From: Halocafeteria seosinensis
Lineage: Eukaryota
NCBI GenBank assembly: GCA_001687465.1
Contig: LVLI01000278.1
Location: forward strand, 1 to 64,000
Reading direction: 5' to 3'
DNA length: 64,000 bases
Positions 24,101 to 35,659 of the stretch are shown here, piece after piece; position 1 is the stretch's first letter, and every line of letters begins with the position of its first letter. The notes under the pieces are model-generated. The model was not told the DNA's origin and searched no databases. It saw only the letters and a list, made by a program, of their open reading frames with translations. The translations under genes and the position numbers were made by a program.

Positions 24101-27100
24101 GAATTGACCACATGCCAGCTGCCAGCATATTGAGTATCCGCGATCTCTTCAGCCTCGATGTCTTCAGAGAGTTGAACGCACTCAGGGCACAACTCACGAC
24201 TACCTCCGTCTCGCTGTTGGCCATACAAATCAGGGACAATGCAGTCCACCCAAGCCGCGTCCGCAGCAACGTTTACAGTTCCAAACGAGATAGGTCTCCG
24301 TACATCGGTGTCTGTGGATAGTCGAGTCATCCTCACGTTGTGTTTTGAGCGATAAAAGTCTCCTCGGAGAGCAGAGGCAAGTGCCCGTGTATGAGGACAG
24401 GAAGCACCTCGAGCACATTGATACAATGTGGAGAGGCTCCTACACCATTGAAAGTGACATCTCCAAAGAGGCTCAGATGAAGGACTAGTTTTAGTCGTTG
24501 GAGTTTCCATTGATACGGCATTCTCCAACTCACGATGCAATACCGTGAAATTGTCCACCGGTATGCGGAATTCGAACCAATTTTGCCGGGAGTTACTACT
24601 ATGAGACAACGAGTACCGTTCTAAGATAGATCGAAATTTTGCACTTTGCTCTGAAGCTTTTCTAGGAGCCGGGCGAAGCCAGTTCTTCATGGCGTTCTCC
24701 ACAGGCAGAAACAACTTGATAATGACGCAGGCTATATCGAGACGCCCCATTATTGTAGGCCCAGTAGATGGATCCACCTTATTTTCCTCCGATCCCCCAA
24801 ATCCCTCGAGCAAAACATCGTATAGCTGATGAATACACTTCCCCGCAGAATACAGTGCGAGCGGATCTGCCTCGGCACAGCAACTGTCCATATGCATACC
24901 AAACCCATACTTCGGAAGCCCATCGATGCTCAAACCCGAATCTGACTTAAACGGATTCCGGAGGAGCTCCTCCCATTCAAGAGCATAAAGGGTAACGTAA
25001 CACGCACCAGAGGGTCGTTCACCTCGACGAGAATCCCCACTGTTACGAGAAGAGCTGGCCGGTTCACGGGAAGTCTTCTTCTTGTCATTACTCCGGGAAA
25101 GGAGAGCCCTCCGGAAAGTAGAGTTCTCTCTTGCAGGAATCCGGCTCTCTGCCTGCGGGGACTCTTTTAGTGTGCTCGAAATCTTGCGAAGGTTTTCATC
25201 CCCTGAAACTCTAAGTATCTCCGATGTGTACAAGATATTGCTTACCGAACCGCAAGTCCACTCCCATATGGAAGTCTGCCCCCCTTCAGTCGGCATATAT
25301 AGATGCAATAAAACGTCCGAAGGTATAGATGCCGGGGTTTGCTCAGCAGTGATATCCAACGAGCGAAATGACACAGTAGCATAACTAGGGTCAGGCACTT
25401 CTTCCGGCTCATTTTCCCTTCCGTCAAGTCTCGAAACGTCCGAGGAAGCATTAAGTTTTGCGCTGCAAGATACACCATTAAGTCTTACTAGCAGAACGCC
25501 CCCCGGAACCATTGTCCAAAATGATGAGTCATAGAGTAAGAGCTCATCAGGAGCCGTGACGGGGTATCGGAATGGATACGAGTACAACCCTAAAGGAGGT
25601 TTACAGTCTTCAGTCGCAATGACGGATACGAAGTCCTTCGAGGCTTCTAAAGATTTCGCCAGCAACCCGTGATTCTGAAGGCCCTGGTCAAATGCAGCAG
25701 TGTCAGAATCTTGAGGCAGCGGATCTAGTCTGTATACCATGGGGTTGCACCCAACGACACGGACGCCCTCAAACAATGCATCGGCTGCTTTGCATACCGT
25801 AGTATTTGAAGCAGCCCACTGACTGTGTGTCAAGAACGAGTCTTCACACTCAATGGAAACCAACGGCCCTTTATCCAAATCGACGATCTGAAACCGAGTA
25901 CGACGAGAATGAATGTTGAAAGCGTAGTCCTTCTCTTGGTCTACGCCTTGAACAGATCCCTCGTGAGCAGAGCTTTGCCCGTTCTCAGAAAGAAGTGTAG
26001 TGACGACGCAAAATAATGCGTTACTCATGACAGCATCCAGATAACTCAAACCAACTTCAATTTTTGTGGATTCCTCAGTACTGTCCCCTTGGATGGTAGC
26101 CATGGGGGCTTCCTTGGACTCAGCGTTCGAGTATCCCTTCAGCAAAGTCATCCCGAGCACATGGTTGACTACGTTGATGCTCGCCACTGAAAGTGTGTAT
26201 CTGAGGCTTTCCGGGGCCACTCTTACTGTAACCGAAATCTTGCTCAAATCGGATCGAAGGACGGACTCATTGTATGGAAGATGTTCCGTAAGGAAGATCC
26301 AGAGGGATAGCTGTTTGATAGTGATCGTCCAATCCCGCAAGTCTGATAATCCGCCTTCATGGTCATCACGAGTGCGTAATTTCTCAATGATGGCTTTGCT
26401 TAATGTCTTACACTCATCTACTAAAGATAACGCAGTCGACCTTACCATTCGGAGAATCGAGAAGGCCGATAACGGGGGTATCTTCGATTCGGCGCCACCA
26501 ACTTCTATGTTACCCATGGATCTTATCAGCTGATCTTCCTTCTCTTCCCAAAACGATATAACAATATCACTAACATCCAGTAACGAAAAGTGGGCGGCAC
26601 CATTCATCAATTGAAGCATTGATAAAAACGTGTTCGATGTGAGCTGCCCTGTGTTGTAAATGCGAGGAACAACAGCAATACCAGCTCGTTTACACTGCAG
26701 CCGCACCTCATTGGTTCTGGTCGGAGAGTCTCCTGGAGCTACATACAGATCCTGGAGAATGAATCGTGAATGGTCTGATGCGATTTCAGAGTGCCTGACT
26801 TCAACGAAGAGGCCGCTAACATAGACCTTCCAGAAGTCTTTTTTGGGTAATTGGGCGGGAACCTGGTGCAGCGATTTATCGCAAGAGAGAAGACGCCTTT
26901 CAAATGCCCGCTGGCGAACAAGCAGCCCCCATAGTCTTTCAAACGGTATGTCATTAACAAAGTCTGAAACAAATCCTACACTTGACAGCTTCGGGGTGGA
27001 AATTATGTCAGACAATATCAGCATTCCGGCGTCGCCATCTTCGCCCTTGCTATCATCAGCGGGATTGCTGACTGTTCGCGAAGAGTCATATTCCTTCGAG

Positions 27101-30100
27101 TACCGACAGGCACTATTAAGCTCAGTTATGAATCGCTCCAGAGAGGCTTGTTCCGAAAAGTGCAACGGCAAAACTTCTGAGAAAAACGGAGCAACGTTAT
27201 TTCCACACTCGCAATCGATGGACGATATGAACTCCGAGAGAACTCCGGTTCTCCCCTTACTCGAGTATCCAAACGCCTTGTCTAATGGTACGTTATCCAG
27301 GTTCAATATGGCGCTCCAAGGAGGGAAGGATGCATCGTCAGAGACTCGATTAGCCCCAGCGACACGGCTTTTCGCTAAGGTCAGCATTGCACATCTCTCA
27401 CAAAGGTTACTGCCAAGTTTCGCTGGATAAGTTTCCTGACCGTCTAAATTCCTCGTCAAGATTACTCCGCGCTTAGCAAAATCGCTCGGGAGAGGTGCAT
27501 TCAGTGAATGAAACGCTTCGAGGGGTAACGAATAGGTGCTGAGGTCCCAGTCAGCGTCCTTGTCCGAAGAGACATGCGTTTCCTCGGAGACCACCCATAA
27601 ATCAACAACACTGTTGTCTTTAGGATTCTGCAACCAGACTATGCCCGCTTGAGCGTCAATTGCTAGCACGAACTTCAAATGTTCCACATGCCACGAGCAT
27701 GAAAAAATATCCTTCCACATTCCCACGCTTCTTGCACGGCTTAAAGATGCCTGCCTAAGGTGGCTATCCATTTCGGAAGTTGCGCGGCGACGAGGAGTCT
27801 GGTCATCTTCATCAGAAGCTGAGAATGCAAAAGGCGACGAGAACGGTGCCCCAAAATGAGGCTGATCCAAAGAAGAGTCCCGAGGTGTTTCTTCTTCCTC
27901 GTCGCCTTTCTCAATTAACGCTGATGCATCGGAAAGCACTACATACCGAAGTTGCGAAACAGTTACAGAAAAGCGTTGAAGGTTCTCCTTTGGAGGGATT
28001 CGTATTGCTGAAACCATATGATTGCGGAGAGAAATTGTTTCGGTTTGAGTTGTCGGCGCCAAGAGCATCTTCCGCTGCCTCGCTGAGCGGACATAAGCAA
28101 CCGATGCGTAGAAAGAGCACATATCGCTACTAAAGCTCCTCACCATGGTAGAAAATTTTGCGGGCTCATGTAGAAGCTCACAGTAGTCATAAAATTCTTG
28201 ATGAATCGGACACCACCGCCTCTCAATGTACTCGCTCAAGACATTCGAGGTAATCATCGATTCCAACATGCGTTTTAAGGGTTCTGTATGTTTCAGCAAT
28301 TGATAATAGAAGGCAAAGCGTACGGAGATTTCGTCGGTCCCGCGATCTCTGGATAGATCTAGCGTATGTTCCGGCAGAGAATGAAGTCTGTGAAAGAACC
28401 TTTCCGTAAATAGCAGCGGCTTCAAACAACCTCTTCCATGTATCTTCAGCCAGCTTTGTAAAATGGGGAAGTCCTTCAGTGCTTCAGCAGCGTCCCCCGG
28501 GCTAACGGAATGAACGGCCCTGGTGAGACCCTTAATGACAGCAATACTTTGACCCAAACTTCGCCGTAGAGATTGTTTACAAGCCCGTTCATCTGTGTTA
28601 TCAAGAGGATAAATGTAGTGTCCTCGAATAAGCGAGGAGATCTTTATGGCACTCCAATCTGAAAAATCATCAAATAGTTCGGACACCCTGGAGAAGGTGG
28701 ACTGCCAGTTGTTGTATTTGTCCTCGGCATTAGAATACGAAATCTCCATACGCTTGAGTAACCTGTATATCAAAATCGCATTGAGGAGAGCTCCTTTCTC
28801 ATTTGGAAACTTTTTTGAAGGCAGACTTGAGCTGGTCGATCTCGTACTCTTCAGGAAGCGAATAACGCCCTCGCAAATATCATCTCGAAGAAGCAATTCG
28901 ACGGACGAAGCTACTCGGGAGTATAAAATGGATCGGACAACTTCAGGCTTTGTATGTGCCTCGCTGAAGAGACGCTCTCGGCATTCTTGCAAACTAATCC
29001 ACGGTGGGAAACAGGCAAATCTCCAATGATGGTCCAATGTTGTTGACGCATGGGCATCACTCAGTCCAAAATAGTCGCTCCTTTCTTCTCCGTGAGAGGC
29101 ATCCGTCTTATAAATGCGTGGAACGCTAGTTAAGAGGTGAACCGCATTCTTACCAACAGCATGGGAGGAAACAATTGATCCCACCCAGAAGTTCACCGCT
29201 CGGCGCCGTGAGACAGCCTTCAGAACTTCCGCCTGTACGTCACGTAAGCGAATGGATAGCCGAGGTGCTCGCCTATTTAAGCACAGTGTATCTGACAAGG
29301 ATAAGTCTATCTGACCCTTCCCCATCCACAATTTGAAATTACTATACTTCCTCGCGGTGGTCGAAGCATCCTCAAACGAATGTATTACTTCATGAATTCG
29401 CAAGCGGGGAATGGATACATACAAACAAAACGTTTCCTCAAACGAGCCTGTACGAAAGTTGATGGACGGGTCTTTCGGATCGACAGCAGTCTCAATATCG
29501 TCTTTCGTGGCAGTCAAGAGTCTTCCATTGAAAGGAGACCACTTAATCCCAGTAAGCTCCTCAGGCATGTCGCCTTCTCTGGATAGAAAGGGTTTGGGGA
29601 GATGTATCTCGAACTCACAAATTGATTTTGCGTTTGGGTCATGGCGAAGATGCTTCGACCAACCGTTTCGCAAGGCTTCGTATCGGCGACGCATTCGAAA
29701 TCTACCAAAAGACAAATTCTGCAATCCAAATGGCTTGCTAGAGCTCCCATTATGATTCAAGCGTCTAGATACGAATTCCAATTGTTGTCTGAAGAAACCC
29801 GTACTTCGTCGTAATATGGTATGCAAATTTTCATCTAGAGTATAAGAATCGAAAGAAAGCAGATTGTAGATAGTGTCGGAGGCACCTTCGTTGTCAGACG
29901 GTCGCTTGTACAGGTACCGATCATCGGGGAGAGCATCCGCAGGAGCTTCCGTTTCATCGTTAGCGACCTCCCAATTAGTTATATTTTCCTGATAGTCAAG
30001 CTCTAGTGCTTCGGACTTTTCGCTGTTTTGGCGGTGCTTGCCCTGTACGCTACTTAAATCCGAAACCAGAAGGCAATCACCGATGCACCAGTGCTCTGGC

Positions 30101-32778
30101 GTGTTTATACATCGCCAATACGCTCGAGCTGCACTTTGCTCCTGAGAGAATGGGATCTTCAAAGAGGAAGAAGGATGCCAATCGGCAATCACGTAATAAT
30201 GCTCCTTTTTTCGACTGTTGGGAGCACTGTAGCCGGCACTCGATGGTTCTGATACCCCCATCAATGGTGTTTCCGGAAGAGGCACTACACATCCATAGGA
30301 CTGCATTTCTCTGCGAAGAATCCTTCCAACTGTCTTTTCTGTGAGGCTTCTATCTTCATAATCACTGATGTGCCGGTAGAATTCATGTCTATCGTTCCGA
30401 AGTATCTCCATGACCTCGTTGGGCTCTACGTCCTCGTCACCACCAACGAGGCGCGCAAGGTTACAAAACGTCATCGGGACGCTGATCATAGATCGGTAGG
30501 CATCGTGGTTTCTTCCAGTTGTATCATCTCTTGTTCTCCGAGATTTCCACTTCAGTTTCTGTCGCAGCGTTCCCAGAACGTTTTTTGAAGTGGTACTCTG
30601 CTTCATTTCAGAGGCATATTTCCAGCACAGCTGTCGGATAACCGACCCTACGCCCAGTGGCACAGCTACATATGACGAGGGTGACACGAACTCCGACCCT
30701 GCCTCACTCGATTGGCATTGGCACCCATCTGCAACAGGACTTGTATCCATCTCATTAATGCGAGCAAGTTCAACTTGCTGGCGATACGCGTGCAACATGG
30801 ATGCATAATCAAATTTCAGCTGGGTTTCAGTCACCCGCCAGAACAACAACTGCTCTTCCGGAGAAAGTAGTTTTTCTATTTTTCGACAATGCTGTACTAA
30901 CTGGTCCCGCTCCCTTCCTGTTGCCTCGTTATTCCAATTCATGTGCTTATCATGGAAGCCCTTTACGGAATACGAGTCAATATCTTGGATCCACAGAACC
31001 CGGGCGTCGTAATTTACTTCTGATTGAGAGAAAACATAAAAGTAGCCGTCGCTGCGTCCAGCCTTCTGAGCGTGCGCAGTTCCATCTCCTCGCGCAGAGA
31101 CGTTGAAGGGGAGTCTACTACGCTGGACACTAAGAATCGAAAAGCCCGGTAGTCTCAGACGGTCTAGAATAAGTCCGCCAAACCTATGAGACCAAACTCT
31201 TTTACATTTTTTGACGTAACTTAGCAGCATGAGACTGAGAGTACTTTCCCGGAGCGAAAGTTCTCTTTTATCCAATCCTTCAGCAGAGTTCGTATCCCGA
31301 AACGATTTCATTTTTGAGTAAAGTAAATTATGAATAAACAACCAGTAGTATCTTGCCCGTACCCGCGACCTTTCTGTAAGCTCTCCATGAGAGGGATCAT
31401 GCTTTGCCGCCCATAAATATCTCGAAACAGTCTCATATTCAAGGCCAATAGAGTTGCGCACTTGAGCAGGAGATGGAGCATGTTTACTGTTTTGTTGCCG
31501 TTGTTGCGAAGACAGACATAGATGCAGAAAAGGTAAGATGCTCTTTATAGTATAAATCGATAGCGACACATGAACCTTCGGTATGAATACCTTCGTCATG
31601 TAGGTTCGCTTGATTCTGCCGAAAGAGTACTTCGTGACAGTGCCTGTGAGGAAGAAAATGTCCCACTTAACGCATCAACTGGTAACAAACACCCTCTACT
31701 TACGGGATATAGATGCAATGAAAGACAAAGGACGGATGATTACTTCTTTTTCATTCGTCCTCTCCTTGCCATCAGTCGGGCCTTGGACGAGCACACAAGT
31801 GAGCCTGTGAATTAAGATCTTCTTCTCTTGAGACACGGGAGATATTCCGTAGTCGACATCGTCTTTAGGTGCTTCACCAAGGGGACTTTTGTGGAGATGC
31901 TCATCGTTGTCCTCCTTGGGAGATATTTGCTCAAAAGAAAACTGTCGAAGTGCTTGCAGTGCCGCCATTGACTCAGAACAGCGCTGATGCACTTCAGTTT
32001 GGCAGCGTACCCCGGTCCAGCTATGTGAACGAGACCTCCGGGTCTTACTCTTATTGATATCGCTTCCAAGATACACACTTCTTGCCAAGTCCGTATCATC
32101 CCGTGTCCTTGTTTCTACCTTTGACGGCGAAAAAGTATGGTTAATTTCGTCTCGTACAGAGCATGCTGGTCCGATCAATATCCTATTAATGGTAAACCTC
32201 AGTTTTTCCTTCAAGTATTGTCCCGACGGGTCAGTCAAATGCACGCAAATATTGTTTAAGTCAAAAGTGCCTCGCTTGGTCAGAAGCGTACTAACACGGG
32301 CGATAAAATTGTTCTCCTTGTCTTCCTCATCCGTAGAGGATATAGCCGCATCCCGCAGTCTCCTAACTAGTAGTTTCTCAAACGCAGCACGGGCAATAGA
32401 TGTGATGTCTTCGGCATTCTTGCCAGTTCCCTTATCCTGCATCACCTGTTCTAAAAACGTATCCCGATCCACGGGAGAAAACTCAAGATCGACACCATCT
32501 ATTTCGATCCGAAGTTCCAAATCCCTCTCGATGAACTTCCGCGTGAAGACCCACAGTACTTTCCGGTTGAGGACCAGTCTTAAGCGTTTGACTTTGCCCC
32601 TTTGAATCGTAAGGGGAAGATCGAAGTCCTTGAATGCTTCGGACTTAATGCTCGTGCCAAAGATTTCCACGCCATATTGACCAAAGAATCGCCCTTCTGC
32701 ATGCTCCAAATCAATGAATTTCGAGATCGCAGCCACTCGTTTCAAGATTTTTAAAAGTAAATTCACCACCGGTAGCAT
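21115..32778 (-). CDS. Giant chorein-N (VPS13/BLTP superfamily) bridge-like lipid transfer protein, 3867 aa, 2 exons
   Basis: A 60-nt intron at 31644-31703 (gtaagt..cacag) joins the two ORFs in frame. The N-terminus matches the chorein-N pattern (ISKFIDLE...IKSEAFKDFDLPLTIQRGKVKRLRL...IEIDGVDLEFSP). Many alternating hydrophobic beta-strand segments follow, ending in a coiled coil. Confidence 0.7.
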
Positions 32779-33239
32779 CGTATACCCCCTCTATACCACT
32801 CCTGGTGCTACTTGAAACTACGCACGACGACAGAAAAAGCCAAAACAATCCATTAAACATGCTCCATTGGGACGATTCCCTTCTGCGACGTGTTTCGTTG
32901 ATGTTTTCGCCCAAAACTTCCTCCCACAGCTCATGTACTCAATCAAGCACGTTTCTATCATCAAATCATCACGTTCAATATGTCATCATCAATACTATAC
33001 ACGCGTGAATACGCTCTTGGATGTCCCAAAGCACTCTATACAAGACCAAGTTGAAGTTGAAGTAGAGCTTTCAGTATCACCGCCTTCGAAGTAGGAAGAT
33101 GGCTCTAGCTGTAGTGAGTCCATGAAAATAGCCCTTGCGCCAAAAGTTTGCGGAGTTGTTCTACGAAGACAACATGCATGTGCCATACCAACGTTGTACA
33201 TCTACGGATACGAATGAAGCGTTTATTTTCATTTGTCTG

Positions 33240-34802
33240 TTACATGACTGCGAAATCGGCTTCATGACCATCGTTGGTTGTGGTGAAGGCAGTGGACCCT
33301 AACGTGTCCATTGTCACATCTCCTGCGCTACTGGAGGTCACCATGTATGAAGCCGAGCTCTCGCGAGAGCGTTTCTTCTTGCCTTTTTTCTTCTTTTTAC
33401 CTTTCTCGGCGGTAACCACGGCAGGGTGTTCAGTCTGCGGAAGGGCATCACCAATACCAACATGCACCTCAGGAGCCCCCTGAGCCGCATGCTCCACAGT
33501 TGCTGTTTGCGCGGCAGACTGAGAGGCCGCACTTCGTGGTAATAACGGGCGCCGGTAATGCGCAGAACCCCCACTAGATCCTCCTCTCTTTTGAAGAGTT
33601 CGTAGAGGCTTCTCCAAGATGTCGCGGACAATTTTTCTCAGTGTAGTGTCAGATAAGTTGGGCCTCTCCGACAGTTTCAGATACTCTGGATTTCCATTAA
33701 ATTCCTCTCTAACTGCCCTAGCAATTGCATTGCGAATCTGCGGCACTGTAAAATCCTTGTCATTAGGACCACGACTTTCTTCAATCTTCCTCTGGACAGG
33801 TTCCGTCAGTTCAGGGGGCCATTTCTTGTGTCTACCGCAGTTGGAATACCGAGTTTCAGTCAATTTCTCCACAATTTCCTCAGGAACGTCATGTTGCGTA
33901 TTCTGGGGAGAGGCCTCCGCTACATGTCCATATCCTAGGTCGTGGAGCCTTGACACAAGTGATTTTTTCCACCTGCGGATTGTATTTGCAGGTATGGTCT
34001 CCTTAAACCACTTTCCTAAATCCTCGTCGTAATTTGTCAGCTGGTCGTAAACTCTTCTCCAGGTAGCCCTTCCATGTTCGACTCCAATTTTTGTCCACTC
34101 TCTTACTGTCTGGAAAATCCTTTCATGTGTTGTTTGGTCACTTCGCCGGATCTTCGGTTTTCGTCCCCCGGTCGAAGACTGGGTTGCACTTCGAGCACTT
34201 CGGCTCTCTCTTTGTCTCTCCTCGTACTCTTCTTCCGAATCCTCATGGATTCTTCCCCCGCTACGTGTTGTGCTGCGAGGTGATGTATCCCTGTTCTTGC
34301 GTTTGCTATGCTTGCGGGATTTCTTCCGTGGTCGAGAACCTTCACCCTCAAGTTGCTCAGCCCCTTGCTCATGTTCTTCCTCATCGGGTCCCATTAAAAG
34401 CGCAGGAGCACCAGCCACGTCCGGTACATTTTCCTGGATTCCCTCCACGTTTAACGCTGCCTGCGCTTCGGCGTCGGCCTGTTCGAACGATTGGGCAGAT
34501 GCTTCATTCCGAGACTTTTTGCTGCGATGACGCTTTTCCTTCCTATCTCTTTTCTTCCGGTCCTTTTTCTTGGCCGGTGTTGAGATGTGGAAATCATCAA
34601 ACGCTGCGCTCGATTGTTGTTCGTGTCCGCTTTCGGTACCTTGAACAGCCATTGTCACATCTTCGCCTGCGTTAGCATCCATAACGGAAGGGTCTTCATT
34701 GGTCCTCAGAACCCCTTCCGTGTCTGCTGCTTCGGTGGAACCTCGTTGTTTACTACGAGATGACCTCTTGACCTTGCGAGACATTGTAACTCGTCGTTTC
34801 AC
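33240..34802 (-). CDS. Putative nuclear protein with CENP-B/Tc5(pogo)-like helix-turn-helix region flanked by Lys/Arg-rich low complexity
   Basis: Intronless 520-aa ORF with several NLS-like basic runs. Central IPANTIRRWKK ... GRHKKWPPEL...IEESRG...FTVPQIR...LSDTTLRKIV. Confidence 0.55.
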   Translation of the reverse strand: MKRRVTMSRKVKRSSRSKQRGSTEAADTEGVLRTNEDPSVMDANAGEDVTMAVQGTESGHEQQSSAAFDDFHISTPAKKKDRKKRDRKEKRHRSKKSRNEASAQSFEQADAEAQAALNVEGIQENVPDVAGAPALLMGPDEEEHEQGAEQLEGEGSRPRKKSRKHSKRKNRDTSPRSTTRSGGRIHEDSEEEYEERQRESRSARSATQSSTGGRKPKIRRSDQTTHERIFQTVREWTKIGVEHGRATWRRVYDQLTNYDEDLGKWFKETIPANTIRRWKKSLVSRLHDLGYGHVAEASPQNTQHDVPEEIVEKLTETRYSNCGRHKKWPPELTEPVQRKIEESRGPNDKDFTVPQIRNAIARAVREEFNGNPEYLKLSERPNLSDTTLRKIVRDILEKPLRTLQKRGGSSGGSAHYRRPLLPRSAASQSAAQTATVEHAAQGAPEVHVGIGDALPQTEHPAVVTAEKGKKKKKGKKKRSRESSASYMVTSSSAGDVTMDTLGSTAFTTTNDGHEADFAVM

Positions 34803-35659
34803 TCTGCATCGATGCGAACAACGTTAAGTCTGCTCTGCCTTCGCATGAGGTTGCATGTTGAAGAAAGTTAACGGTCTCTTGCACTCAGCCAAACTGGCAC
34901 ATGTGCATGAATGAAGACCCTCTACATGCTATGGAAGATGAGATCAGGCTCTAAAGAATGGGATCCCTTGATTACCCTTGATCAATATGAGCTCATTTCC
35001 AATGCTATTCAGGTCCTCCCAACAAAATTACAAAAAAGAGTGGGGAACAGGTACAGCCGACGGACAGGGAGGCCATGACGCCTCTGTGCCATCGCCGTAA
35101 GGGGCACAACACGGTTGATCTACGCCTCTGTCTTACCTTTACACGATCTGGAACACCTTGGGCCTTGGTAAAGGGCAAGGAAAGAATGTCTCTTTGGATG
35201 GCGGGAGAAAACAATCTTTTATTATCAACGTATGAAAGGAAAGATTTTCACTTTGCGCCAAACAACCCGAAATGTTTTCCTTCTCTGGCTGGTTTTTTGG
35301 AGGAAACCTTCAAGTTACGTGCGGAAAACAGTCGCTTCAAGAATTGGTTGGGCCGTCCGCATTGAATTTGTCAATTGACAAGTTGCAATCGTCTCCAGTG
35401 TCTCAGTTACTCTGCATGAGAGTAAATCCAGAGCCCTAATTTAAGAGTCACTACTAAAGGGTAAATGTCGTAGACTAGCAACTTGTAACAAGCCCTATAG
35501 GGTTGGCATTGCTTGGCAACTAACCGTAATGAGTGAAGAGTGGGCCACATCATGACGCAAGGAACACATGTTTATTGCTTCAGGACATTATGCTGTACAG
35601 AGGAAGCTTGTACTGGTAGTACTGCTATTGGAAATCGCAAGAACTGTGTGATCAAAGTA

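Noticed and set aside
31599..31703. Two separate genes (360 aa and 3494 aa)
   Set aside because: A canonical 60-nt intron joins them in frame.
21523..32605. Many plus-strand ORFs of 60-195 aa
   Set aside because: They are antisense shadows of the giant minus-strand CDS and show no motifs.
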